Assembly: GCA_039815185.1 (NCBI GenBank)
Contig: JBCBZT010000001.1
Coordinates: 1 to 64,000, forward strand
Direction of reading: 5' to 3'
DNA length: 64,000 nt
From: Cyanobacteria bacterium P01_A01_bin.123
GTDB lineage: Bacteria > Cyanobacteriota > Cyanobacteriia > Phormidesmidales > Phormidesmidaceae
The notes under the pieces: model-generated
What the model saw: only the letters and a program-made list of their open reading frames with translations
Told to the model about the DNA's origin: nothing
Database searches by the model: none
Part shown: piece after piece, positions 8,850 to 18,880 of the stretch
How positions within the stretch are numbered: the first letter of the stretch is position 1
Layout: the number at the start of each line of letters is the position of its first letter
Translations under genes and position numbers: made by a program

Positions 8850-10299
8850 GACACCCCTCCAAATAACGCTGTAAATAACGCCGATAAAGGTTTTCCATCA
8901 TCCGCCGATTTGACAGACGCGTGTTTGAATCCCCAGCCATCAAGATTTCCTCATCCACAAACTGCTCAATCTTCTGAGCCACAGTAGACAAGTAGTCAGG
9001 GTCGGTGGCGCAACGGTCAGCATCTAGGCTAGGGTGCAGCAAGTTTAGCACCTGGGCCACAGTGGAGTCGCGAACTCGGCTCAGCAGGTCTTTGAGATCC
9101 AACAGGCGACTCACTTGAGACTGGTTAGTCAACGCCAACAGGTCTGCCACCTCACTTTGAGACTTACCCTCTCGGTAAATCAAGCGCAGGGCGGGTATCA
9201 CTTTAGCAGCCAGGGCGCGGTAACGGGGTCGCTTTTGCAGGTGATTGATGTAGTCTTTTAAGCCTGCGACAACGCCCTGTTCCAGACATTGGGGCATCTG
9301 AGCTTGCCACTGGGTTTGAATCTCTCGCCAAGCGATCGCCTCAACCGTGTTGATCTCCTTTAAATCAGGCAACGCTTGCAGTCGATCGTCTCCCGCTTCA
9401 TTCCCCCGATCCAAAGAGTCCCAAACGGGCATGCCCCGCCGCTGCCAAATATCAAGCTGCCGCAGGGCTTTGGCAATCCGCCTGAGATCGCGCCGCAGTT
9501 GCTCTGGACTACTGACGGCAATGTGCTGGGTTGCCAGCCAAGCCACCATCTCTTGGAGCTGGGCCAGGGTTGGATCGGGACATTTGCCATGTTGGCGTTG
9601 GCCCTGTTGTCGGCGATCGCGGCGATAGACTTGATGGAAGGCTTTGATCAGGGCGCGATCGCAATCGTTAAAATTCTCCCACTGCCGTTTTCGCACCTGG
9701 TTAAGCAGTGCCCAGTCGGTCAAAAACGAAAACCCGCGTTCTGACAAAAACCGCTTAATCTCAGGTTGCTGACGGGTTTGATAATGCACCCAGCTATTTA
9801 AGTTGAGACTCCCCTGGGCATTGGGGTCAAACCGACGCAGTACCTCAACTGTAAACCGGGCATAGGCCAATGGCGTCATCTGCCCCGTTGGATCAAGGCA
9901 AAGTTGGGTTTGTCCCGCTGGGTTCAAGATGATGTATGTCATACCATCGTCGTCCAACACAAAGGGCAAAAGGTCTTGATAGGTAAACGCTTTTGCCGCA
10001 CTAAACACGCTAGCCAGTTGCCGACAGGCCACCAGAATACCGTGGGAGACATAGCACCGTAGGCAAAGCCCAGCTTCCGCCAGCACCAACAATTCAGCCG
10101 TCGCTCCCCGACGCTGAAAAATCGTCAGCAGCAATCGTTGAACGGCTTGATGTTGCGCCATTGTTAATGGCGTGTGGGGTTCCAGCGTCGAAAATTGCCC
10201 CTGAAAAAACGCACTCGCCGGGGAAATCGCTTTTTTCTCATAGCCCCCGCTACGGGGATCGAGTCGAAGCATCTCCCAATAATTAGATAGAAGACCCAT
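8830..10299 (-). CDS. Cyanobacterial sigma-70-like / HTH protein of the type found upstream of DUF1822 genes
   Basis: LCLRCYVSHGI, DLLPFVLDDDG, LTDWALLN and C-terminal region-4-like HTH LRLIYREGKSQSEVADLLALTNQSQVSRLL. Confidence 0.7.
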   Translation of the reverse strand: MGLLSNYWEMLRLDPRSGGYEKKAISPASAFFQGQFSTLEPHTPLTMAQHQAVQRLLLTIFQRRGATAELLVLAEAGLCLRCYVSHGILVACRQLASVFSAAKAFTYQDLLPFVLDDDGMTYIILNPAGQTQLCLDPTGQMTPLAYARFTVEVLRRFDPNAQGSLNLNSWVHYQTRQQPEIKRFLSERGFSFLTDWALLNQVRKRQWENFNDCDRALIKAFHQVYRRDRRQQGQRQHGKCPDPTLAQLQEMVAWLATQHIAVSSPEQLRRDLRRIAKALRQLDIWQRRGMPVWDSLDRGNEAGDDRLQALPDLKEINTVEAIAWREIQTQWQAQMPQCLEQGVVAGLKDYINHLQKRPRYRALAAKVIPALRLIYREGKSQSEVADLLALTNQSQVSRLLDLKDLLSRVRDSTVAQVLNLLHPSLDADRCATDPDYLSTVAQKIEQFVDEEILMAGDSNTRLSNRRMMENLYRRYLQRYLEGCHEPHHI

Positions 10300-10526
10300 G
10301 ATTCAATGCTTTCGCAAGCGTAACCAAATTATTGCATGGACGATTTAGCCCAGTAGGTACCCGTGCGGGTAATGTTTCCGTTCCGGTTTAGCGATATCTC
10401 CAATGTAAAAAGAGACGACAAAACAGCGCCTCCGTTTTTAGGGGCGTGTAAAATCTCCCTGATTAGCGGGAACGCAAAGCATCTGCGGGGTAGTCTAAAG
10501 GTCAGAAGCATCTTTAATGCATCAGC

Positions 10527-11492
10527 ATGGATAAGAAAACGATCGGCATGGTTTCCTGGTATCGCGGGTTGAAACAGTGCGACTGGCTTTGGAAACAGAC
10601 GCCCCATCCCTTTGGGGTGTGGGGCAATATTCAGCTCATCGCGCCTGCACCCAAGCCCGACTTTTTGCTGATGTATCAATATCAGTTTCCGACCCCAGCC
10701 AAGCGCAAAATGCCCAATTGGGTGCCGCGATTAGGTCGCAAAGGCAGGGGCAGCGATCAGGTTCCGGCTAGAGTGTTTCGTGACGTACCCAGAGAGCGGG
10801 TGATCTTTCAGATGCGAGAACCCCCCCTCGAAGAACTGATTAATAAATACACCCTGCAATATCAACTGGCAGATCGACACTGTGGCTACGTCACCGGCCC
10901 CGACGATGTCGCACCTGTGCCAGGATATATGCCGGCAATTTGGTACGTTGACACCTCGTTTCGAGAGCTTGATCAAGGCCCCGTGCCCGAGAAGACTAAA
11001 GCCTGTAGCTGGGTTACTTCCGGCGTTAACCGCACAGAAAACCACCGCAAACGACTCGCCTTTTTGCGGCAGACCAAAGAAATTTGCCCCAACATCGATA
11101 TCTATGGCCGGGGACTGCCCGACTGGGCGCAGGGGGTAGGCGAGTTGCAAAACAAGTGGCACGCCATGTCGCCCTACCATTACAACCTGGCCATCGAAAA
11201 CTACGCCGACAACGCGTGGTACGTTAGCGAAAAGCTCTGGGATTCACTCCTGTCCTGGTGTTTGCCCATTTACTACGGTGGCCCAGCGGCAGATAAACTC
11301 CTTCCCCCAGAGAGCTATTTGCGATTGCCCAGCATGGACGAAAAAGGGCTGGCCTACGTTCAAGACGTGATTTCGTCTCCCGACGCTTGGTATGAGCGCA
11401 AAGACGCGATCGCCGAAGCCCGCCAAATCATCCTCCACAAACTCAACCTGCTCAACTGGCTGTCAGACTATGTCGCCGAATTTGAAGCGTGA
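10527..11492 (+). CDS. Glycosyltransferase family 10 (fucosyltransferase-like)
   Basis: YHYNLAIENY...YVSEKLWDSLLSWCLPIYYG GT10 signature. Confidence 0.85.
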   Translation: MDKKTIGMVSWYRGLKQCDWLWKQTPHPFGVWGNIQLIAPAPKPDFLLMYQYQFPTPAKRKMPNWVPRLGRKGRGSDQVPARVFRDVPRERVIFQMREPPLEELINKYTLQYQLADRHCGYVTGPDDVAPVPGYMPAIWYVDTSFRELDQGPVPEKTKACSWVTSGVNRTENHRKRLAFLRQTKEICPNIDIYGRGLPDWAQGVGELQNKWHAMSPYHYNLAIENYADNAWYVSEKLWDSLLSWCLPIYYGGPAADKLLPPESYLRLPSMDEKGLAYVQDVISSPDAWYERKDAIAEARQIILHKLNLLNWLSDYVAEFEA

Positions 11493-11557
11493 GAGAGCAG
11501 TCAGAATCTAAAATCTAGAATCTAAAATCCACCCCATCCCCATTACCCCCCAAATCC

Positions 11558-12490
11558 ATGACCCGCGGAGTATACATCGTTGCCAACGATAAGGTCGCCG
11601 ATAACGCGATCGCCCTGCTCAGTAGCCTACGCCTGCATGATCCAGATTTGCCTGTGGTGATGATTCCTTTCAACGAAGCTCACCACGAGGCAGCGGCGAC
11701 ATTATCTCAAAATTATGGGGTAACGGTATTTCCTGATTTACCCTTCTTAGATGAGTTAACCCGCACGATTGGCGAAATTTTCCCGCGCGATTTTTTAGCC
11801 CTGCCTAACAAAATGCGTAAGCTGGCAGTTTGGTTTGGCCCATTAAATGAATTTCTCTACATTGATACCGATATCCTGCTATTTGAATCAGTAACCACTA
11901 GTCTCGATTACTTTGCCCAAGCAGATTTCCTCTGCTGCGATTACCACTTTAAGGGGCGGGGCTTGAGCGACGTCTTTTCGCCCTTAGTGCTTGAGCAGGG
12001 CATCTTTAGCGAAACTGAGGTGCAAGACGTCTTTAACAGCGGGTTTTGGGGGTCTAAGAAAAATGCCCTGACCCTGGATGGCCTCTACGATCGCCTGCGG
12101 GAATGCGCTGCCCATCGGGAATATTTTGACTTCTCTAGCGGCACCACCGATCAGCCGATCATGAACTATCTTGTGCTCAAGTCCATTGCCCAACGGTTAA
12201 ATATCGTCAAGGTCAACCCGGGTGAACCTGGCAGTTGGGGCGGCACGTCCCACTTCAAAGAACGTGATCATAAGCTTTATGATGGCGATCGCCCGTTGCG
12301 CTATCTCCATTGGGCCGGCACCCCCATGCGCCCCGGTGGCCCCTACCGTGACCTCTGGGAGTATTATCGCTATCTCAAGCATCCCGAAAGCAAACCCATC
12401 CCCCAGGCTTCACCAACCCCACCATCGCCTTGGGAAAAAATGATGCGGCAAATGAAGGGCAAGGTGAAAGCTACGTTTGGCAAGCGCTAG
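11558..12490 (+). CDS. GT-A fold glycosyltransferase (Npun_R2821/R2822-like, GT8-related)
   Basis: FLYIDTDIL DxD motif, FNSGFW, DQPIMNY, YLHWAG. Confidence 0.75.
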   Translation: MTRGVYIVANDKVADNAIALLSSLRLHDPDLPVVMIPFNEAHHEAAATLSQNYGVTVFPDLPFLDELTRTIGEIFPRDFLALPNKMRKLAVWFGPLNEFLYIDTDILLFESVTTSLDYFAQADFLCCDYHFKGRGLSDVFSPLVLEQGIFSETEVQDVFNSGFWGSKKNALTLDGLYDRLRECAAHREYFDFSSGTTDQPIMNYLVLKSIAQRLNIVKVNPGEPGSWGGTSHFKERDHKLYDGDRPLRYLHWAGTPMRPGGPYRDLWEYYRYLKHPESKPIPQASPTPPSPWEKMMRQMKGKVKATFGKR

Positions 12491-12555
12491 GCAGAGTAAT
12501 CGTCATCTTACTTGAAGTAGTCATGACAAAGTCAATACATTCCTAGCTTAGAACC

Positions 12556-12597
12556 AAGCCATCACATTCACTTAGAGATCGAATGTGATGGCTTTTT
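12556..12597 (+). terminator. Intrinsic terminator after the glycosyltransferase pair
   Basis: aagccatcacattc...gaatgtgatggcttttt. Confidence 0.7.
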
Positions 12598-12648
12598 AAT
12601 GTCTAAAAAATAAGCATGCAGTCTAAATTGGAACCGACTTCTGTATTG

Positions 12649-12750
12649 ATAGCCCTGGCCAGATTGCTTAATGCCCCTAGCACCGCTGCAATACTCAGCA
12701 CACAAGCAATCTAGCTCACCGTAACGCACAAAGCTTTGTGGCTACGGCTA
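12649..12750. mobile_element. MITE-like dispersed repeat family A, copy 1
   Basis: ~100-bp element with imperfect terminal IR (atagccctggcca / tggctacggcta) and internal IR ccagattgctt / aagcaatctag; also at 14776 and 18175. Confidence 0.7.
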
Positions 12751-12867
12751 AACATGCGTCGCTAAAGTCGATACAAAATCAATACAAAGTCAGTCCGTTC
12801 TCAGTTTAGAACTCGGTCATCGAGTTGCCAAAGTAGACCTATTCCCAATTTAAAGTAAGGAATTTGT

Positions 12868-13062
12868 ATGCTTAACCGAATGAAGGATTCACCCGCGGTG
12901 GTGATTCACCCCGTACAGAATGAAGCAGACTATAAAGCAACCCTAGAGCGTCTAGTGGCAAAACAGCCTCTGGCTACAACACCCAAGTTAATCTCTACTG
13001 CAACCCTCAGAAAGTGGTGCATTGGTGGAGTGCCCCTCTGCCCCCCTTCTAGGGGATTCTGA
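12868..13062 (+). pseudogene. Probable 5' fragment of a HigA-like antitoxin / HTH regulator
   Basis: VIHPVQNEADYKATLERL resembles the IxPIxxExDYxxAL N-terminus of HigA-type proteins; no HTH follows and the ORF runs into repeat D. Confidence 0.45.
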
Positions 13063-13147
13063 ATTGCAAAGTCCCCCAGAATATAGCCCTCCGGGCATAC
13101 CAGAAAGGGGTCTTAAAGCCCTCTGGGCATACCAGAAAAGGGGGCGA
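13035..13147. repeat. Short dispersed repeat family D, copy 2, with internal duplication
   Basis: gccc(c)tc(c/t)gggcataccagaaa(a)gggg occurs twice; shares core with 7327-7413. Confidence 0.6.
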
Positions 13148-13660
13148 AGCGCATTTGGGACTTCTCAGCCAACCTCTTCAGCAGGATTAAGAGTCGATCG
13201 TGCAACTCAATCACTATCGGTTGATTTTCAACGATGCGATCGCCGCTTAGATAAATAGTCAATCGTACGATCGCCCTCAAGTTTGTGTTGAGAACGATCG
13301 CATTTTCGTGCCTGAAAAATCTCCAGAATATATGTCATAAAACAAAGGAGTTGAAGACAGTAATAAGCATTCACTTATGAAGCAATAGAGATAGCCTCAG
13401 CACCAATATAAATTTGCTCTAGAAGCAGAATAACTCCAAAATTCTTCCCGATTTCTTCTCGATTCATGCATATGCTAACAGTGCATAAAAAGCAAAATTC
13501 AAGACTCCGACTCATCTCTACCTCAGGGAGACAGTGAAAAAGTAGCTGATGTCATTTTTAGCCCGGTTAACAGCCCAGTAGAGCCCCCATAGTTTGGATC
13601 AACACAAGTTGTATTGATGAACAAACTTGCCCCCAATACTTGCATTCAAGGAGCTGTAAC

Positions 13661-14740
13661 ATGTTTACCCGTAACCAATTTAGCCCCCTTACTCGGTCTG
13701 CTTCACTCGCCGTACTGATGGTAGGGATGGCAGCCTGCACCTCTCAAATCTCCTCTAAAACTCCACTCAATGGTGCTGGAGCTAGCCTACCTGCCCCCCT
13801 TTATGAACTATGGTTTTCCCAATATGAACAGCAGAACTCTGGGATTCGGATTGACTATGAGTCTGTCGGCAGCGGCGCAGGCATTGAGCAGTTTTTAGCT
13901 CAGGAAGTTGATTTTGCCGCCACGGATGTCCCTCTAAATGCTGATGAAATAGCCCAGTTCCCTGAAGAACGGGGCGACGTGATTCAGGTGCCTGTAGTCG
14001 GTTCTGCAGTTGTCTTAGCCTACAACCTAGAAGGCATCAAAGCACTGCAACTCTCGCGAGACGCCTATTGCGGCATCGCAACAGGGGAGATTAGCAATTG
14101 GAATGACCCAGCGATCGCGGCCGACAATCCCGACATCGACTTACCCAATCTGCCCATCACTTTTGTTCATCGGGAAGATAGCAGCGGCACAACCTACATG
14201 TTCACAAACCACATGAATGCCGCCTGTGACAACTGGTCTGCCGGGATAGGCAAAACCGTGGATTGGGCAACCGCAATGGCGGCCCCAGGCAATGGGGGAG
14301 TGACTGCCACCATCAAACAAACTGAAGGTGCAATCGGCTATGTCGGCTTCGCCCACGCCGAAAAAAACTTCCTGTCAATGGCGAGTCTAGAAAACCAAGC
14401 AGGCTTTTTTGTCGAACCCTCTCCGAATTCTGCTGAACTTGCGATAGAGCTTTCAGAGACTGCCCATGACCTGACGGCTACGATGCCCGATCCTTCTCAG
14501 GTAGACGCCTATCCTATTGTGGGATTAACCTACATGCTGCTGTACGAGAACTATGAGGACGCAGCTACAGCAGAAGCGATTTGTAATGTCATCAAATGGG
14601 CGCTGACTGACGGCAGACTGATGGCAGATGCCCTGGGTTATGCACCTTTATCGCCAGAGATAGCACTCCAGGTCACAGAGATGCTGGATACGTTAGAGAT
14701 TGATCAAGTTGCCAGCAGTCAGGCAGTCGCCTCTCGTTAA
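13661..14740 (+). CDS. pstS: Phosphate ABC transporter substrate-binding protein (lipoprotein), no adjacent pstCAB
   Basis: Lipobox MAAC; LNGAGAS, YESVGSGAG, VHREDSSGTT, GAIGYV, YPIVG PstS motifs. Confidence 0.93.
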   Translation: MFTRNQFSPLTRSASLAVLMVGMAACTSQISSKTPLNGAGASLPAPLYELWFSQYEQQNSGIRIDYESVGSGAGIEQFLAQEVDFAATDVPLNADEIAQFPEERGDVIQVPVVGSAVVLAYNLEGIKALQLSRDAYCGIATGEISNWNDPAIAADNPDIDLPNLPITFVHREDSSGTTYMFTNHMNAACDNWSAGIGKTVDWATAMAAPGNGGVTATIKQTEGAIGYVGFAHAEKNFLSMASLENQAGFFVEPSPNSAELAIELSETAHDLTATMPDPSQVDAYPIVGLTYMLLYENYEDAATAEAICNVIKWALTDGRLMADALGYAPLSPEIALQVTEMLDTLEIDQVASSQAVASR

Positions 14741-14775
14741 CCCATCCTTCCCCATGCCTAGCGACCTGCTTAAAT

Positions 14776-14886
14776 ATAGCGCTGGTCAGATTGCTTAATG
14801 CACCAATGCACCGAGTATCACCAAGATACTGAGTCCACAAGCAATCTGGCTCGCGGTAGCGCACAAAGCTTTGTGGCTACCGCCAT
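14776..14886. mobile_element. MITE-like dispersed repeat family A, copy 2
   Basis: atagcgctggtcagattgcttaatgc...cacaagcaatctggctcgcggtagcgcacaaagctttgtggctac. Confidence 0.7.
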
Positions 14887-15009
14887 AACATCCAGTTGGC
14901 GACCTTGAGCGTTTAGCTTAAAGAGAACGACAAGTCTGGATGTGGCCGAGGTTTATATCTCCCCAACCAGTAGCTGACTTCCCCAGTGGCACTTGCTGGG
15001 GATTTTATT

Positions 15010-15170
15010 TTGCAGAATTAACCCTAGCCCTCTCAACCGTTAGCCGCTTCTTTACCGGCAAACCCGTTGACTATGCCACGTTTATTGACATCTGCGATCG
15101 CCTCGGGTTGGCCTGGCATGACATCATCACATCATTTTTTCTCACAGACCAACTTATCAATTCCCCCTAG
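15010..15170 (+). pseudogene. Remnant of the N-terminal HTH domain typical of cyanobacterial NB-ARC/NACHT-WD40 proteins
   Basis: AELTLALSTVSRFFTGKPVDYATFIDICDRLGLAWHDII with no plausible start and no downstream domain. Confidence 0.55.
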
Positions 15171-15657
15171 ACTGATCTTGGCTCAATGATCCATCACTCA
15201 CTGGAATAACACAGGTTTCTGATCAACATGACTCTTTGTTTAAGATGTAATTAGCTTGGTGACCTTATTGGCAAAGACTCACTAAGTCTAGTTATCAAGC
15301 TTCGAGATATTCCTGCATACCTAAGCAGTATTTCGAGATTTATCTTTTCCTGGGCTAAAATCGTCATCTACCCTCCCCAGTGAACCTGGGGGAATGTCAA
15401 CTGATACACCTAGGTCTTGTTTTCTACAGGTGTGTCGTAAAGGATCCATCATCTCCTTTGACCTTAAGCATGACCAGCAGCTCGTAACTCAAGGAGTTAT
15501 CGATTTTGATAGTTTCGGTGTTGATAGTTTCGAACTTTTTGATCCTCTATTTTTGGCTCTACCCGAGCTTTTGCCATACTTCAGGCAGGAAACGCTGTCT
15601 TAGCTAAACCCTTGATACAAGCTGCACTTCTTCAAGCTTCCCGATTAAAGAACTACC

Positions 15658-15735
15658 CCACATCCGATTTGAAACTTGAGTAGAGCTCAAGGCCTTGTGC
15701 TCCTGCGAGGAGAATTTATGGATCTGGATGTAGAC
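15658..15735. repeat. Dispersed repeat family B, copy 1
   Basis: ccacatccgatttgaaa...gtagagc...ccttg...tatggatctggatgtagac; second copy at 61678-61756. Confidence 0.7.
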
Positions 15736-15881
15736 GAAGCTTAAGTGTTGCACCAAAATTTTTTCCTATTCACATAACACTTTGTTCCACAGGATCAATT
15801 GCTTCATAGGGGCAGCGTTTTTTTAGCGCTATTCCCATAGCTTGATGCCAATAACTAAGGAATCTACTTGGAGGTATACCT

Positions 15882-18011
15882 TTGAATTCTGATCAAAGTA
15901 ACACGCCTAATCCTGCAACCCCTAATCAGGAGTCTAGTCCTCTCAATCTCGATAATCTGAAAGACCCTACAACATTAGAAAACCTGGCTTTTAGCAAAAA
16001 TCCTACCGCGCTAAATGCCTGGGAAGAAGATTACGTCAGTCAGAATCTTAATCGGCAGAGCGTCAGTGGGGATACGCCACTGGTAGGTCAGAAAAGTGAC
16101 AACTTGCTAGAAGGTGGAGATGCTGAAGATCTGATCGCAGGCGGCCTGGGAGATGATGTCATCTTTGGGTTTAAAAATGATGATGTTTTGCGTGGCGATC
16201 TCAACAGTCGTTCTCCAGGGGGCCCTGAGGGCGGAGACGACATCATCTTCGGGGGTGAAGGAGATGACCGAATTGGCGGTAAGGGCGGTAATGATGCGCT
16301 CTTTGGCGAAGACGGTGATGATCAAATTTGGGGTGATGCTGGAGACGATATCCTGCGCGGCGGTCTTGGCAATGATCATCTTGTTGGCGATAACTTCTCA
16401 GGCGATCGCGGCAAAGATATCTTCGTTCTGGCAGCAGGCGAAGGCACAGACACGATTAAAGATTTCCGCATCGGAGAAGATCTCATTGGTCTAGCAAACG
16501 GTCTGACCTTTGAGAAATTAAATATTGTTCAGGGAACTGGTGATGAAACGGGCGATACCGTGATCAATGCTAGCGATACGGGTGAGAAGTTGGCGGTTCT
16601 CAAGGATATCGATAGCAGCGATATCGACAGCAATGACTTCACCGAATCAACTGAGTTCGAGCCCGAACCTGAGCCAGAACCCGAACCTGAGCCAGAACCC
16701 GAACCCGAACCTCAGCCAGAACCTGAGCCAGAACCAGAACCAGAACCCGAGCCCGAGCCTCAGCCAGAACCTGAGCCAGAACCAGAACCAGAACCCGAGC
16801 CCGAGCCTCAGCCAGAACCTGAGCCAGAACCCGAACCTGAGCCGGAACCCGAGCCTCAACCAGAACCTGAGCCAGAACCTGAGCCGGAACCTGAGCCTCA
16901 ACCAGAACCTGAGCCTGAGCCGGAACCCGAGCCCGAACCTGAGCCGGAACCTGAGCCTCAACCAGAACCTGAGCCTGAGCCTGAGCCGGAACCCGAGCCA
17001 GAACCTGAGCCCGAGCCTGAACCAGAGCCGGAGCCGGAGCCAGAACCCGAGCCCGAGCCAGAACCTGAGCCGGAACCCGAGCCAGAGCCTGAGCCGGAAC
17101 CCGAGCCGGAACCCGAGCCTGAGCCCGAACCAGAACCAGAACCAGAACCAGAACCCGAGCCGGAACCAGAACCTGAGCCGGAACCCGAGCCGGAACCCGA
17201 GCCAGAACCTGAGCCGGAACCCGAGCCCGAACCTGAGCCGGAACCTGAGCCAGAACCCGAGCCTGAGCCAGAACCCGAGCCTGAGCCGGAACCAGAACCT
17301 GAGCCTGAGCCCGAGCCGGAACCCGAGCCGGAACCTGGGCCAGGACCGGGAATGGACACCAATATCAGAAATCCAAGCAATGTGCCGAATTTCACACCCA
17401 ATACGAGTGAAGCTGAGCTTATAGCTCGGAATGCACCCAATATCACTATTGGCACGCAGACCATCTACTTTGGACAGCAGCAAGTTTCAGCCATCAATCA
17501 AAACCCAATTATTGCTAGCTTTGACAGCAGCAATCCCGGCAATAACTGGGTGCGTAACGATTACGAAACGACTCCACCCGATGGTCGTGCCTATGGTCTG
17601 TACTGGGATGGTGATGACTTATACGCTGCTTTCAGCATCGTAGGGACTGGCGGTAGTCCTAGCGAGGACTTCCGACGGGCTAGCTCTGATGCTGAGACTG
17701 CCTGGCTAAGAAACTATGGCCGGGGAGGGGGTGCCCGCGTCGGTGTTATCGGCAGAATCGATCCTAGGACAGGGAATTTACTGGATGCTGCTTACATCAC
17801 GGCACAACTGCCTAATGGCAATACTAACTCTGTGAATATCACGGGGCTCTCTACCAACAGTGCAGGGAACCTGGTTGTGACGGCTGATACGGCTTTTAGT
17901 CCTCGTAAATCCAACGGAGAACCCGCCGATATTGGTGGAATCGATGGCTATCAAATCGTATTGACTCCAGATTTGAGCAGGGTGCTCAGTACATCGGTAG
18001 ATGACCTATAG
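15882..18011 (+). CDS. Calcium-binding RTX (hemolysin-type repeat) protein with long Pro-Glu spacer and unknown C-terminal domain
   Basis: GGxGxDxxx nonapeptides ([36 protein letters not shown]), DTIKDF; GGAGG upstream of a TTG start. Confidence 0.88.
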   Translation: MNSDQSNTPNPATPNQESSPLNLDNLKDPTTLENLAFSKNPTALNAWEEDYVSQNLNRQSVSGDTPLVGQKSDNLLEGGDAEDLIAGGLGDDVIFGFKNDDVLRGDLNSRSPGGPEGGDDIIFGGEGDDRIGGKGGNDALFGEDGDDQIWGDAGDDILRGGLGNDHLVGDNFSGDRGKDIFVLAAGEGTDTIKDFRIGEDLIGLANGLTFEKLNIVQGTGDETGDTVINASDTGEKLAVLKDIDSSDIDSNDFTESTEFEPEPEPEPEPEPEPEPEPQPEPEPEPEPEPEPEPQPEPEPEPEPEPEPEPQPEPEPEPEPEPEPEPQPEPEPEPEPEPEPQPEPEPEPEPEPEPEPEPEPQPEPEPEPEPEPEPEPEPEPEPEPEPEPEPEPEPEPEPEPEPEPEPEPEPEPEPEPEPEPEPEPEPEPEPEPEPEPEPEPEPEPEPEPEPEPEPEPEPEPEPEPEPEPEPEPEPEPEPEPEPEPEPGPGPGMDTNIRNPSNVPNFTPNTSEAELIARNAPNITIGTQTIYFGQQQVSAINQNPIIASFDSSNPGNNWVRNDYETTPPDGRAYGLYWDGDDLYAAFSIVGTGGSPSEDFRRASSDAETAWLRNYGRGGGARVGVIGRIDPRTGNLLDAAYITAQLPNGNTNSVNITGLSTNSAGNLVVTADTAFSPRKSNGEPADIGGIDGYQIVLTPDLSRVLSTSVDDL
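16659..17336 (+). repeat. (Glu-Pro)n coding hexamer tract, 678 bp = 113 dipeptides, with occasional Gln
   Basis: GARCCN repeats using mixed synonymous codons. Confidence 0.97.
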
Positions 18012-18072
18012 TCCTAGCCTGTTAGGGTTGGAAGTCGATCTCAGATCGACTTGATATGACCGCTGAAAATGC

Positions 18073-18106
18073 ATCCCCCTGTATTTATATACAGGGGGAT
18101 TTTTTT
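18073..18106 (+). terminator. Intrinsic terminator after the RTX gene
   Basis: atccccctgtat-ttat-atacagggggat-tttttt. Confidence 0.85.
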
Positions 18107-18174
18107 ATCATCACTCGATTTGAATCGCAGTCACAGGCGTTGAAAATATTGCGTCCTTTCTCGTGACTAGAAAT

Positions 18175-18277
18175 ACAGCACTGGCCAGATTGTTTAATGC
18201 ACCTAGTATCGCTGGGATGCCCAGTACACAAGCAATTTGGCTCGCCGTAGCGCCCAAAGCTTTGTGGCTACGGCTAT
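18175..18277. mobile_element. MITE-like dispersed repeat family A, copy 3
   Basis: acagcactggccagattgtttaatgc...cacaagcaatttggctcgccgtagcgcccaaagctttgtggctacggctat. Confidence 0.7.
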
Positions 18278-18315
18278 ATAATCTTTGAGATCCTGACACT
18301 GATAGGCAAGTACCC

Positions 18316-18870
18316 ATGACACCAGAATTATTAATCGCTATCGTGTCAGGAATACTAACCCTACTGGCATCATTTTTTGTGGCGATGTATCAAGCTCGGG
18401 TTGAGTCTCGAAAACTGGTTAGGCAGCTTGAGCAACAATACACAACATCACTGTTTGATAAACGTCTAGCGGCTTATACGGTGCTCTTTCAGCTGTTGCA
18501 TGACTTCAATGCCGTTATTGAATATGGCACACCGAATCGACAACAGCTAGCTGACTTTCGCAAACACTATGACAGCTGGGTGTCGGCCCATGCGATTTTG
18601 CTGACCCGAACTACGGCAAAGTTAGTTTGGGGATATCACAATTATTTGATTAATCTGCTGGGCCAATCCACTGATGTCCCATTACCCCAAGAGCAATGGG
18701 TTGAGATTCGCAATATCCACGTTTTGCTCGGTAAGGCGCTGAGGGCTGAGGTGGGTATATTTGATACCACAGCAGCAGGTATTCCTGAATTTGACAAACC
18801 TCACGTCAGGGCACTGGTTGAGAAACTGAAACAAAGTTCAAAGCAGGTGCGGCGTCGCTTTGGATATTGA
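18316..18870 (+). CDS. Hypothetical protein with N-terminal TM helix
   Basis: 184-aa ORF; hydrophobic N-terminus followed by the helical segment LFDKRLAAY. Confidence 0.7.
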   Translation: MTPELLIAIVSGILTLLASFFVAMYQARVESRKLVRQLEQQYTTSLFDKRLAAYTVLFQLLHDFNAVIEYGTPNRQQLADFRKHYDSWVSAHAILLTRTTAKLVWGYHNYLINLLGQSTDVPLPQEQWVEIRNIHVLLGKALRAEVGIFDTTAAGIPEFDKPHVRALVEKLKQSSKQVRRRFGY

Positions 18871-18880
18871 CATCGTGGGT

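Noticed and set aside
15394..15603. 69-aa ORF upstream of the RTX gene
   Set aside because: No RBS or motif recognised; not supportable as a gene.
16567..17483. Alternative-frame ORFs (poly-GS, NLS- and RLW-rich)
   Set aside because: Frame and strand shadows of the Pro-Glu tract.
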